From positions 170,254,001 to 170,318,000 of the forward strand of contig NC_058368.1 of assembly GCF_018350175.1 (NCBI RefSeq): a stretch of 64,000 nt of DNA, in the 5' to 3' direction. Below, piece after piece: positions 12,634-25,500 of this stretch. This DNA is from Felis catus. Taxonomy: Eukaryota. The position numbers were made by a program, and so were the translations under genes. The notes under the pieces are model-generated. The model saw only the letters and a list, made by a program, of their open reading frames with translations, was not told the origin of the DNA and did not search any database. How positions within the stretch are numbered: the first letter of the stretch is position 1; every line of letters begins with the position of its first letter.

Positions 12634-13416
12634 TTTTTTTAATATGAAATTTATTGACAAATTGGTTTCCATACAACACCCAGTGCTCATCCCAAAAGGT
12701 GCCCTCCTCGATACCCATCACCCACCCTCTCCTCCCTCCCACCCCCCATCAACCCTCAGTTTGTTCTCAGTTTTTAAGAGTCTCTTATGCTTTGGCTCTC
12801 TCCCACTCTAACCTGTTTTTTTTTTTCCTTCCCCTCCCCCATGGGTTCCTGTTAATTTCTCAGGGTCCACATAAGAGTGAAACCATATGGTATCTGTCTT
12901 TCTCTGTATGACTTATTTCACTTAGCATCACACTCTCCAGTTCCATCCACGTTGCTACAAAAGGCCATATTTCATTTTTTCTCATTGCCACGTAGTACTC
13001 CATTGTGTATATAAACCACAATTTCTTTATCCACTCATCAGTTGATGGACATTTAGGCTCTTTCCATAATTTGGCTATTGTTGAGAGTGCTGCTATGAAC
13101 ATTGGGGTACAAGTGGCCCTATGCATCAGTACTCCTGTATCCCTTGGATAAATTCCTAGCAGTGCTATTGCTGGGTCATAGGGTAGGTCTATTTTTAATT
13201 TTCTGAGGAACCTCCACACTGCTTTCCAGAGCGGCTGCACCAATTTGCATTCCCACCAACAGTGCAAGAGGGTTCCCGTTTCTCCACATCCTCTCCAGCA
13301 TCTAGAGTCTCCTGATTTGTTCATTTTGGCCACTCTGACTGGCGTGAGGTGATACCTGAGTGTGGTTTTGATTTGTATTTCCCTGATAAGGAACGACGCT
13401 GAACATCTTTTCATGT
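12634..13416 (-). mobile_element. Young 5'-truncated felid L1 (3' end)
   Basis: Open ORF2 C-terminus (12860-13414), 3'UTR and polyA. Perfect TSD TGAAGGCTAGACTTTT at 12618-12633 and 13417-13432, TTTT/AA target. Confidence 0.95.
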
Positions 13417-13519
13417 TGAAGGCTAGACTTTTAAAAATATTTAAGAAACTATTTCATGATTATAGATATTTCTATCATGTGATTCTTTTCAAAGCAAACA
13501 AATCCTTCAAATCTATTTT

Positions 13520-13613
13520 GGGGGACAACTGGATGGCTCAGTTGGTTGAGCATCTGACTCTTGATTTCGGCTCAGGTCATGATCCCAGGGATGCAGGATA
13601 CAGCCCCACATCG

Positions 13614-13662
<49 letters not shown>

Positions 13663-13697
13663 TCTCCTTCCCCACCCAAATTAAGTAAATAAACATA
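13520..13697 (+). mobile_element. Older Can-SINE with long (CT)n
   Basis: tggatggctcagttggttgagcatctgactcttgatttcggctcagg. Confidence 0.85.
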
Positions 13698-13799
13698 ATT
13701 TTGTGGAATTTTTCCTGATCAGTAAATTTGTATGCCTCTATAAATCATTATTATGTAACAGTTTAATTGTAGTTACTTAAAAATATGAACACAAACTAT

Positions 13800-14194
13800 T
13801 AGGTAATCCTTTCTCCAGAAGATGGAGCCAAATTCCTTCCACTTCAGTGTGGGGTGGGTTTAGTGACTCACTCCTAGAGATTAGAATGTGACAGAAGTGA
13901 TGAAGTGGGGTTAGGTCATAAAGACAGTGTAGAATCCTCCTTGCTCTCTCTCAAAGCCAACTGTCACATTAGAAGGACACTCCAAGACTTCTATGGAGAG
14001 CTCCATGTGGCAAGGAATTTAGACCTCCTGACAGCAAACCAGCAAAAAAAGAGGCATTCTTTCCACAGTTAGCTGAGTGAGATATTTTGGAAGTGAATCC
14101 TCTAGTCCCAGTCAAGCCCAGTTAAGTCTAAATAACTGTACCTCAAACTGGAGTTTTGACAGCAATTTCATGAGAGACTCTGAGCTCGATCCAC
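13800..14194 (+). mobile_element. MLT1-type LTR relic
   Basis: ttagtgactcactcctag, gagagctccatgtggcaaggaa, ttttggaagtgaatcctctagtcccagtcaagcc, tcatgagagactctgagc. Confidence 0.65.
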
Positions 14195-14628
14195 CAGTGG
14201 ATGCCTGAAACTGCAGATAGTACCAAACCCCATATATGCTATTTTTTACTATACATACATATCTATGATAAAGTTTAATTTATAAATTAGGCACAGTAAT
14301 GAATAATAACAGAACAATTATAATGATAAACTATGATAAAATTTTGTGAATATAGTCTCTCTCTTTCTCTCTCTCTCAAAATATCTTACTGTCCAGTACT
14401 CATCCTTCTTCTTCTTCTTGTGAGGATGCAAGATAATAAAATGCCTACATGATAGAAAGTGAGATAAATGACACAGGCATTGTGACGTAGCATTAGGCAA
14501 CTATTGGTCTTCTGACTATCCTTGTGAAGGAGAATCATCTGCTTCCAGCCTGCAGTTTCCTGTTGGAAACTGAAAAGCACAGGAAACTGAAACTTGGGAA
14601 AGTGAAACCATAGATTAGAGGGCACTAC
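14195..14628 (-). mobile_element. MER44-type (Tigger7-derived) DNA transposon relic
   Basis: Characteristic tggatgcctgaaactgcagatagtaccaaacc...tatgataaagtttaatttataaattaggcacagtaa, and a terminal-repeat-like gaaaccatagattagagggcactac. Confidence 0.75.
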
Positions 14629-14750
14629 ACTGCTTTCAGTGGTCTGCTAGTAGAGGAGGCTTCCACCTTTGCCCCATCCAGAACTCGGGTTTGTCCTTCT
14701 AAAATATCATTAAGGTCACCTCATTATGCTCTTAAAAGATCTAAGTTCTT

Positions 14751-14980
14751 GGGGCGCCTGGGTGGCGCAGTCGGTTAAGCGTCCGACTTCAGCCAGGTCA
14801 CGATCTTGCGGTCCGCGAGTTCGAGCCCCGCGTCAGGCTCTGGGCTGATGGCTCAGAGCCTGGAGCCTGCTTCTGATTCTGTGTCTCCCTCTCTCTCTGC
14901 CCCTCCCCCGTTCATGCTCTATCTCTCTCTGTCCCAAAAATAAAATAAAAAAAAACGTTGAAAAAAAAATTAAAAAAAAA
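14751..14980 (+). mobile_element. Young felid SINE
   Basis: TSD AAAAGATCTAAGTTCTT. Confidence 0.95.
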
Positions 14981-15479
14981 AAAAGATCTAAGTTCTTGTC
15001 CATCTCCAACAAAGTCCTGCCAAATCTGTCCCCTACCCTTTCAGCTCTCAGTGAGCCCTTGCACGTTGACTACCTACCTAGCTCGTCATCAGCACTTTAG
15101 ACTTCATCCTGCCTTGAAAATCTTTCTTCCAAATATTCACACATGGTTCATTCCTTCACTTCATTTACGTCTGTTTAAAGATCATTTCCTCAAAGAGGAT
15201 GTCCTTGACCAAACAATCTAAAAATGCTGCCTCTATCACTTGCTCGATTTTATTAAATATATATAATACATGTCATTGACATTGCATTATGTTTGTTTCA
15301 TTATTTGACATATTTATTTATTATTTATCGCCTAACTAGAATGTGAGTTCTAACAATGCAAGGACTTTGACTTATCATTTTAACTTCATTGCTTAGTACA
15401 GTAACTATAACCAGGATGGGTGCTCAGTAAATATATTTTGCTTAAAGGATCATATAGATGAATCATTTTAATTAATAAG

Positions 15480-16330
15480 TAATGGATAATAATTACTTGT
15501 TATTTAGTATCCTGTTTTATCCAATTTTTCCTGTTATGAGCAATTATGTCATAAATATGTGCATAAGTAAATGTACACACCTTATATTTGTTTCCTAAGA
15601 GTTAGGAAACAAAAGAGATGATTATTTTCATGGCTTTTTAATACATATTGCCAAGCAGCCCTCCAAAAAAAAGCTGTTATGTTTCATGCCACTCCAGAAA
15701 TGAATGACAGCTACTTTCTTTTCAATTGCATGACAATGTACATTTTTCCTTTTAAACACTGTCATTTAAATAGGGGTAAGATAGTTATTAAATTTTCCTT
15801 TCTTCAATTACTAAAGGGCAGACTTTTTTTTCATATAACTGTTATCCATTTGTATTTTTTTTACGACTTGCCTTTTCATGTTCTTCGCTTAAATTTCTAT
15901 TGAATTACCTTTACTCGTGCTAAGTGCTCTTTTTTACAATAAAGTGACAAATTGTCTTGATAATGTTAAAATGTAATTTTGTCCAGTTTGTGATTTTTTT
16001 TTAATTTTGGTTACTATGTTTCTCCTTTTTTATTTGCATATAGAAAAATTAAATTTTTTGTGGTCATATTGATGTCTTTCCCTACATGGTTTTTGACTTT
16101 ACTGTCACTTTTAGAAAGTTTACCAATATTGCTGGAAAAATAATCACCTATTGTTTTCTCCCAATATTCAATCTTTTTAAAAATAAAAAAAAATATGATA
16201 CACTGCAGCTGGAATTACGTGGGGGGTGAGCTGTGAGGTGGGGCTATTATTGTTCCTTTCCCTCAACTGGCTGGCTACCCAGCTATCCTTTTACCAACTC
16301 ATCTTTTCTTCATTGATGTGGATGTGAAAT
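15480..16330 (-). mobile_element. Very old L1 (L1ME-like) fragment
   Basis: Degenerate antisense L1 ORF2 motifs (atacatattgccaagcagccctccaaaa; ttatccatttgtattt). Confidence 0.5.
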
Positions 16331-17019
16331 CGTGACATATTATTGTTTTTTACATTAGAAGTGCACACACACACACACAGACGCCTTTTTGTCTCCTTTT
16401 AAGAAACAAGTGTTAGACCTGAACCAATCACATCTTTAATCCAATCATTTCTAAGGAACAGAGAAATAGTTTTTATTGCCACGCTCAGTAATTAATTTGA
16501 TATTAGTTGCCCAGTAATTTGGTATTAGTACTCGAGTAATACTGGATACACTTATTAAAGGAGAGACTCAAAACACTTGCCTAAGCCACATATCAACCCA
16601 ATTTAAGAACATCAATCCCCTCAAGATGAAGTTATCACTTTAAGGAAAGGGTGTCGTCTGGAAGATTAAGAATAGCACGTCATGATTCTCTTCTGAAAGC
16701 CCTCGGAATCCTGGACGTCCAGTGGGAAAGAACAGACACAGGAAGAACCCATGGAAGACTTGCTCAGATCTAGGCAGAGCAACTCTGCCCGAAAAGCCCA
16801 TGGAACTGATGCAAACAGGTAGTAGAGGACTCTGTTCACAAGTCCTCTTGATTGTTCAACCAGGGTCTCAATTTTGAACAGTATCACTGGGCTTTACATA
16901 CACGGAGTGATTTGGGTGTACCAGCAAAACAAACAAACAAAACTATTTGTAGCCTTAGAAAAGCAAAATGCTTAATTTCTAAATCCGAGAGCAGTTTACA
17001 TTCTTGGGAGGAGCGGAGG

Positions 17020-18130
17020 GTCAGAGGGTTTTCTCCACCGGCCGTCTTTTCTAATGCTTGGTCTGGCGGTCCATACTACCTTTGCGTTCACGGTGCAGAA
17101 CCAGCTCGCTCAATAGATGTTAGCTAAAACGGCAAGTGCGGGAGGCGAAACTAGAGGGAACGTTACCAACACTTCACAACTCTAACCTCTAATAGGTCTC
17201 TCGCAGCGGGTGAGGCACTAGACCAATAAGGAAAAGAAAAGACCTAGATCTGAGGCCTTGGGATGCAGCAGAACATTTCTGGCTGAGATCTCAGTGAGTC
17301 AGCTCCAGGGATGCGTTTGTCCCTCGGTAAAACAAACGTCTTTATTCGACCTCCGCTCATCCAAGCCGTCCCTCCCACTCCAATTCCTTTACGGTATCTC
17401 TTTGGTACAATGTTCCATTAACTCCACAGTCCTCTTCCCACCTCCTCCACAGAGACCGTTTCAAGGCTCGGTCCTTGGTTGCCTCCGCGTCTCCCTAGCA
17501 ACCATCCCTCTATAAATCACCGGAAAAGGCTAAGATCACGTGCTCACCAAACTTCCGGGGTTGCAACGTGACTTCCGGTTGTCAGATTTCCCCAGACGCG
17601 GGGCCGGCGACGAAGAAGCCGTGTGGCCCGAGGTCGCGGTGGCCCTAGTGGTGGTGGGCCCCGGGGGGCTCGCCTCATCCTGCCCCGTCTCCGATGCATC
17701 CGCGGCGCCCGGACGGATTCGATGGCTTGGGCTATCGAGGCGGTGCCCGGGATGAGCAGGGCTTTGGCGGCGCCTTCCCTGCCAGGTCCTTCAGCTCCGG
17801 GTCGGACCTGAGCCACTGGGTGACCACTCCCCCAGACATCCCCGGTAGCCGCAACCTGCACTGGGGAGAGAAGAGCCCGCCCTACGGCGCGCCCGCCCCC
17901 TCCACCCCGCTCGAGGGCCCCGCGGAGGAACCGTTTCCCGGCGGCAGCAGCAGCGGCGGCGTGCAGGGGCAGAGCAGCGGTGAGGGACGTGGGAGCAAGG
18001 CAGGGGTGGGTGGAGTGGCGGAGCCGCGGCTCGAGGCCTGCAAAGCGCGGAAGCCGCGCGGAGGGTGCCGCCTTCGGTGCCGCTGGGCCTATCGCGCGCC
18101 ACACCCTCTGCCCTCCTTTCGTCCTCTGCC
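17020..18130. promoter_or_regulatory. CpG island / SLC25A46 promoter
   Basis: High GC and CpG density against AT-rich flanks, spanning exon 1. RFX X-box-like GTCTCCCTAGCAAC 17489-17502, E-box CACGTG 17537-17542, ETS/GABP ACTTCCGG at 17551 and 17571. Confidence 0.9.
17694..17979 (+). CDS. SLC25A46: SLC25A46 coding exon 1 (mitochondrial outer-membrane SLC25 family protein, Ugo1-like)
   Basis: ATG at 17694. Translates [65 protein letters not shown]...VQGQSS, the recognisable SLC25A46 N-terminus. Donor G|GTGAGG at 17980. 286 nt. Confidence 0.97.
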
Positions 18131-20070
18131 CCCTGCAGTGGGCCTGCTCCCTCTCCCTTGCAGAAACCTTTATTCCGGGATCACCTCCAGAAAAGACACC
18201 TGCCTTAGCTCTGGTCTGCGCAGTAGGAGTTTCGAAGGGTTTGGGTGTATTCCATCCCATGACCTAAATGAAGAAGGAAGGAAATTATTTACTGTTCACT
18301 GGGAATTATGTGAACACTAACCTAATTCACTGACAGCTTTATTTCTTTGAATTGTGCTTTGTGTTCTGGAAAGAAGTTTTTCAGCACTGACAGGCTTGGA
18401 TTCAAACCTGGCTCTATTTAAGTGTTAAATGAGGTGTAAGTAATGCTTAGTACAGTATGAGCATATAGGAGGCTAAAAAGTATTCGTTTCCTTTCCTTTA
18501 TCTTTTAATCATAGGAATTGTGTCTATTTTCTAGACGCTGAAACTACTCCTATGTTTTCCCACCTCCTGCTTTCCTATTTCTCACCTACAAACTTCACTA
18601 AATAGTAAAAAACATTGAGACCATTTCAAGACTTTGGAATCAAGACCTAATTATTCTCTGCAGGATGTCAGACCAGTGTTATAATTACAACACTGATCTA
18701 AATATTCTCAAGTTTTTAATACATAAAATGGAAATAATAACTGCCTCTCCCCATTTTGAAATCACTAGAATAGGCTAAATCATTAAATATTAAGTATATT
18801 TTAGATATGTTTATTCTCATTTCTTTCGTTTTAATTTGGGAGTACAACAATTTTTATTTGATTTGTGTTAACTGAGAGGAATAGACTTTAAATATCATCT
18901 AGGAGCAAATGAGGATGTGGAAGAAGATCCATGACTTACACAGTGTCATACAATTTGCTTTTTCAACCTGTCTCGTTTTCTTTCTGTAGGTCCCAAAAGG
19001 AGTACTGGGAAGTTATAAATTAAATAATTCAGAATGCACATATGATTGCTACACAGTCACCTTCTAAGGCAGCAAAGCTGAGGGCTTTTCATCTTTTCAT
19101 AATTCATGCTTTGATGGTTACAATGAGGAGGAACTCTTAATGAAACCAGGGGGGTGTTTTGCAGCAGTTAAGAGGCTGGTGATGATAACTGCAAGAGTAG
19201 AAGACTAAGAGACTTACACAGCTAACGAAAATAAACCTTTCTAACACTTTCCAGAAAATATCATGGCATTTTCTGCTAATATTGGGGATGACCTGTACAC
19301 GCAAAAAGGAAAAAGCTGAAAGAAGAAAGTATCTGAGTTGGCAAAAGAAACTTCCATCTGGCTTGTACATTTTTCAAGGCAATAGCTAACCACATAGTTT
19401 GCCCAGGGACCTGTTTACATGGCCTTATTCTAACTAACGAAATAGTGAGGGTATTGCTTCATTTGAAAGATCAAAGAGGAGAGAGAGAAAAGAGGATGAG
19501 ACAGAAAAATTATCCCTTGTGAATATTGTATTATAGTAGAAATTGTATATCTAGTCTCTCGAGATTGTGATATTTCACCATCATGTTTTTGAGTTGTTTA
19601 GCCAAGGAGAAAGTTTTTTGTTTTGACATATGCATAGGAATGTTTCCAGCTGTAAACTTTTCTAAGATGATAGAAATGCCATCAGCAGTAGCACATATGT
19701 ATCCAGTAGCCTGTCGCAGAGACCTAATTAAGCAGCTATTCTCAAAATATTTAAAACCTGGGGAGAGAGAAGAGACCCTTATTTACCTCTTTTGATTACC
19801 CTAAGTACTGTTAATTTAATCCTTTTGAGGTGTTTCACTTGCGACTGTTGGTTCAACATAGATGCTTTCCACCAATAATAGTAAATGACTAGTTTTACAA
19901 GACCGGAGGTAAAGTTGTTGGCTGGTATAGTATCAGAACCTTCTTTAGAAAAAAAATTAAATTGTTTTTAGTTAGAATTTGAAAACTGGTAGTCCTTAAA
20001 TTCTACCTGCAGACACGTTTGATTTGGCCTACCCAGTATGTTAGTGCTTTTAAAAATAGCTCCCTCCCAT

Positions 20071-20281
20071 GGGCGCCTGGGTGGCTCAGTCGGTTAAGCA
20101 TCCAGCTTTGGCTCAGGTCATGATCTCATGGTTTGTGAGTTCAAGCCCCATGTTGAGCTCTGTGCTGACAGCTCGGAGCCTGCAGCCTCCTTCAGATTCT
20201 GTGTCTCCTTCTCTCTCTGCCCCTCACCAACCTGTGCTCTGTCTCACTATGACTCTCAAAGAATAAATAAACGTAAAAAAA
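20071..20281 (+). mobile_element. Felid SINE (intron 1)
   Basis: Head, (CT)-rich region and A-tail. Confidence 0.92.
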
Positions 20282-20564
20282 GAAATAGTTGCCAATATTT
20301 TAAATTTGGAAGATACTATGTAAAAACGAGAATACTGTTTTAGAAAAATGACAGTTTAGAAACCCTGGCCCCCAGTCCCACATCTCAACAATGAAATGGA
20401 GCTGAAGAGTGGTTCTGCCTTTTAACTTCCCACAGCTTTCCTGGCCCATATCAGAATTTGACTTTGGGATGTGGAATTTAAATAAATATTGTGTTAATAA
20501 AAGAATTTTTTTTTACAGTAAACCTAAATATTGGTTATGAATTATGTTATTTCTTCTGTTTTAG

Positions 20565-20607
20565 AGCAGTTGAATAGATTTGCTGGATTTGGTATTGGCC
20601 TTGCAAG
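20565..20607 (+). CDS. SLC25A46: SLC25A46 coding exon 2
   Basis: ttctgttttag|AG...GCAAG|gtaatg. 43 nt, encodes (E)QLNRFAGFGIGLA(S) in phase with exon 1. Confidence 0.96.
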
Positions 20608-21821
20608 GTAATGTTTTATCTAAAAATTCTTAAGTTTTTATTTCAAGTGTTTTCTATAATATATAATATTAAATGATTAGTATTGCTTCCTTCAGATTCT
20701 TTGGAGCAGTAGATTAAATGTTGAGTAATATTTTGCAGAAAAATTATTTAAAATCTACAGCTTGATTTGTTTTGAGGAAGAATAGAAAATAGTCATTCAA
20801 TTTTGTAATCAGAAAATAATTTTGTAAGTTATATTGTAACAATTTCCGTGTGTCTATCCAAAAAATCTGATCTAATCTCCTCCAAGACAAAGTAATTTTG
20901 CATTGAAACTTTCCCTAAACATTCTAAATATAATATGATATTTAGCAACATAGAGTCTAGGTCTTGCTTACAATCAGCTTTTAATAATAATACCATTATT
21001 TTTTTTTAATGATCATTTTGTGAAAGAAAAGCCCCCAATCTTGACTATGTGATCTTTAGTGAATATTATTCCAGATACATCAGAATTGCACAAAGAGTTT
21101 ATTGCATGCCAGAATAACTCATTGTTTTAAAATTTTAACCAAGAAAAAAATGATTTTATTTGCATAATTAGAGCATTAATGTAAATAGGAACAAAACTGT
21201 GTTAAAGTTTTCTTTCTGCTCTAGTTAATTTTTCTTTAGCCTCACTATTTATACTTAAAGCTGTTGTTCATTTGATGTATTATTTATATATGTGTGTGTG
21301 TGCATACCTGCTGTGTCTCTGTCATTGTTAGTATGTTAGCCCACAGTTGTACTTATTTTGTGGTGATTCTTTCAAAGAAATATTTGATACCCAAAATAGT
21401 AGTCAATTAACAGTCATTGAAATCCTTATCACTTAAATATAGTGTACCTCAAAACTAAAACTTACAGAATGGGGCTAATGAAGAATAGATGACTCTTCTG
21501 ATAGGAACTCTGTTCATAGGACATTTTCTGGAAAAAAAAAGGAAAGCATTTAAGTTGTCTAGGAAAGGAGTTTGCCAAATCAGGCATACGGACATGTAGT
21601 TTCATCTTTAGACTATACATATCAATATTCTATGTTATTTCCTTTGCTTACCAGTTTGCAGATCTGTCTTTAATTCTTTTCATATTGAATTTTATTATTG
21701 GTAGAATGATTTGCAAGCATGTCTAGCCTTTTTTTAAATTATTATTATTTTTACTTTTAGCATGGGAAACATAATAATGTGTGATTCTTCAAGCAAGAAT
21801 AATTTCAGATACATGTTATAA

Positions 21822-22037
<216 letters not shown>

Positions 22038-22738
22038 TGAGACTATGTAACAATTATTCCATGTGAAATGTACCAGAATGTACAATATACCAGTCTCAAA
22101 CATTTTGGTCTTGAAAACCCTTGGGTTGTAAAAATTACTGAGATCTCCAAAGAACTTTTGTTTATATGAATAATATCTATCAGTCAATATTTACCACTTC
22201 AGAAATCAAAACTGGGAAATTTTTAATATATATTCCTTGACTTCATTAAAAACTAATAAACCCATTAGATATTAGATATTAACATAAAAAACAGTTTTAT
22301 GAAAAAATAACTTTTACTTTTTTGTAAATATCTTTCCTATCTTACATAATAGGAGACAACCAAATTTTCATATCTGCCTCTGTAGTCAAATCTGTTGCAG
22401 TACATTGGTTTTGAAAGAAGAAAGTCTAACCTTGTACACATTATGTATTTGAAAATGGAGTGTTTTATATCTTTTTTAGATAATTGGCAGATTTTGTTGT
22501 TTGTTAGTACACCAAAACTTAATAAGTAGTAATATATTAAGGGTCATTTACAATCAGAAATCTGAGGTATAAGTTAACTTTTTGTACTAACATTAAAATC
22601 TGTTGATCTATACTGCATGTTGAATGGATTTTTTTTTTATCCATTTATGATTCTATAACATCATGTGTTGGTTATTTGAAAAATACTAATTTACTGAGTT
22701 CTTTAGATCTTTTAAATGTTAAGATATCTGGATTATAC

Positions 22739-22768
22739 TGTGTGTGTGTGTATATATATATACATATA

Positions 22769-22828
<60 letters not shown>
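22739..22828. repeat. (TG)n(TA)n compound microsatellite
   Basis: Read directly. Other microsatellites: (TA)n 24600-24643, (CA)n 3375-3410 and 10498-10542, (TG)n 11627-11655. Confidence 0.95.
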
Positions 22829-22831
<3 letters not shown>

Positions 22832-22999
22832 CGTCATTAAATCACTACCAATCCCACCAGAAATGAGTTCCAGTATTGGTAAGTTCTTGATAGTAGATGC
22901 AGGTTTTCCACAATTCTAATTTTTGCTTGTGAAGTCAAATTTATCATTGGCAAAACAGTGTCAGTTTTTTTTTTAAATCAACAGGCCCACTGTGTGCCT

Positions 23000-23257
23000 T
23001 TTATTTTATTTTATTTTATTTTATTCTATTTAAAAAAAATTTTTTTTTTCCAACGTTTTTTATTTTTTTTTTGGGACAGAGAGAGACAGAGCGTGAATGG
23101 GGGAGGGGCAGAGAGAGAGGGAGACACAGAATCGGAAACAGGCTCCAGGCTCTGAGCCATCAGCCCAGAGCCTGACGCGGGGCTCGAACTCAAGGACCGC
23201 GAGATCGTGACCTGGCTGAAGTCGGACGCTTAACCGACTACGCCACCCAGGCGCCCC
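23000..23257 (-). mobile_element. Young felid SINE (intron 3)
   Basis: (ATTTT)n tail. TSD core CCCACTGTGT. Confidence 0.95.
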
Positions 23258-23292
23258 CACTGTGTACATTTTAAAAAATATATGTCTGTCTC

Positions 23293-23515
23293 GGGGCACC
23301 TGGGTGGCTCAGTCATTTAAACATCTGACTCTAGGTTTCAGCTCAGGTCATGATCTCCTGGTTTTGTGAGTTTGAGCCCTGCATCAGGCTGTTCACTGAC
23401 AGTGCAGAGCCTGCTTGGGATTCTTTCCCTCCCTCTGTCTCTGCCCCTCCCCTGCTCACACTGTCTCTCTCTCTCTCTCAAAATAAATAGATAAGCTTAA
23501 AAAAAAAATAGAATA
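23293..23515 (+). mobile_element. Felid SINE (intron 3)
   Basis: Degenerate TSD atgtctgtctc / atgcctgtctc. Confidence 0.92.
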
Positions 23516-23871
23516 AAAACATGCCTGTCTCAAGTGTTAATAACTATCATCTGTTAGTTTTTCCAGAAGAAATGCTGCTGCATGAAAAAAGTGGCTAGTT
23601 CAGCTTGCAACTCCATCAGACAAGTGCTTTTCCTCACAACAGCCATAAGCCATCTTACTTTATGATCAACACACAGAACATTAATTTAGAAAGATGTAAT
23701 TCAAGAATCAAGATTTTATGAAATTAATATATTTTACTGTTTCGCCACAGACATTCTTTAGTGAAAGTGGCTTTTTTCTCCTTCCAAGTGAGTGGGATGA
23801 AGAATACAAAACATACAAAAATATAGTTTGCTGCCAGCTGCCTTGATGCACGCTAAGGAATTAGCAATTTT

Positions 23872-23949
23872 ACCCACCATTGTTTTGCACTATTATTGAA
23901 AATATCAACACCCACCATTGTTTTGCACTATTATTGAAAATATCAACAC
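23872..23949. repeat. Perfect 38-bp tandem duplication
   Basis: ACCCACCATTGTTTTGCACTATTATTGAAAATATCAAC x2. Confidence 0.95.
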
Positions 23950-24597
23950 AATAAAAATAATGATGCCTTAGTGTCATTAAGAAAATAATTTTGAACTTGT
24001 AGATCCCCTGCAAGGCCCCAGGGGGTGAGTGGACAACACTGTGGTAAAAAGCTTCTATGACCTAATTTAATCTTCTGTGAAAATTGAGTTAGAAAGATAT
24101 AAATAATTACAGATTAAACTGTTCATGCTTAGAACCCCCCCCCCAAAAAAATAGTCATTAACAGCACGGACAGTGTGTATCCCCTAATACTGGATTTCAG
24201 ACATGTTTTACAATGCAGCAGTGTCACATTGTGATCCACTGTATACATCTATATGAGTAACAAAAAAATGTTTTATGGAATACCATTAGAATGTGTGATG
24301 CATTCTAATACTTTCCTTTTTGTTATTTCACTTAGTAAGTTTTGGTTCTGACCCCCTTTACTGATTTCCTAATTTATCAATTATTTATAGCTTATAGTAT
24401 GAAAAATCCTTGCTGTTAGGAGACATGAGTCTCCTGTTTCCTGAATTCTTCATGGTTCATGTGTGTTAAAAGGCATGAATGTTTTGCTACATGGAATGTA
24501 ATTTCTAGTGTTTATGGAAACATAAATATCAAACAGCATGGGCTTCTTTATCATATATTCTGCATTACTGTGTATACTGTGTGTTGATTTTCTGGGT

Positions 24598-24644
<47 letters not shown>

Positions 24645-24830
24645 CCATATGTACTATAGTTGTAATAAGTTATTCCATGTACTTTTAAGAGTAGTAATTT
24701 TGTTTATGTGTAATTACTGATGACTTTAGAATTGAACTTTTGTTTATAGTGTGACTCCATAGTATATCTTTCATGGCTTGGTTATTTCTTAAAAATAACA
24801 AAAAATAATTACTAAATATCTTTTTTATAG

Positions 24831-24923
<93 letters not shown>

Positions 24924-25362
24924 TAGGTTCTATTAAAGTTATTTATAATGTAAGTACCATTTGGCCTTTGTAATACAGCAAGAATAATTTCTTTTAATTT
25001 AGTTAATAAAAATATATTTTAACTCTTGTACTAAAATTTAATGTAACATAGTAATTATATCTTTAAATGTCACTGAACAATCAATAAATTCACGTCTTTG
25101 CCAAAATTAATTAAAAATTAGGGATATTTAATCAATATTAGGGATTTAGTTAATTGGAGTGTTCAGATTTGCCTAAATGTAGGCCACTGGACAAATGTTA
25201 AAATGATAGGAGTTAATGTAGTTGTAGTTCTTTACTAAAATGTCTTAGAATAATGCTTTTATTGGCATATATTAGTAAACATTCAATGACAAATTTTATT
25301 AAGACCTCTCTTTCTCTTGTTCAGGCACTAACAGAAATAACAATAAATTTTGTTCATTTTAG

Positions 25363-25500
<138 letters not shown>

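Larger units (their letters stand above)
22091..24050 (-). mobile_element. Charlie1-type hAT DNA transposon relic in intron 3, hosting two SINEs and a (TA)n tract
   Basis: Ends resemble Charlie1 termini (cagtctcaaacattttggtc...ccaaagaacttttgtttat; gatcccctgcaaggccccagggggtgagtggacaacac). Confidence 0.65.

Noticed and set aside
14751..14830. tRNA-like A/B boxes
   Set aside because: They are heads of tRNA-derived SINEs, not tRNA genes.
17540..17811. Apparent upstream overlapping ORFs
   Set aside because: They start at GTG codons. No upstream ATG was seen in the 5' leader.
17544..18260. 238-aa antisense ORF over exon 1
   Set aside because: Shadow ORF of a CpG island with Ala/Gly/Arg/Pro-biased composition and no recognisable domain.
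17980..18320. Exon 1 ORF reads through intron 1 to give 208 aa
   Set aside because: Similarity to SLC25A46 stops at the GT donor at 17980. GC-rich sequence has few stops, so no separate protein is supported.
24285..24309. 9-bp inverted repeat ATTAGAATG/CATTCTAAT
   Set aside because: Too short and AT-rich, compatible with chance or MITE decay.
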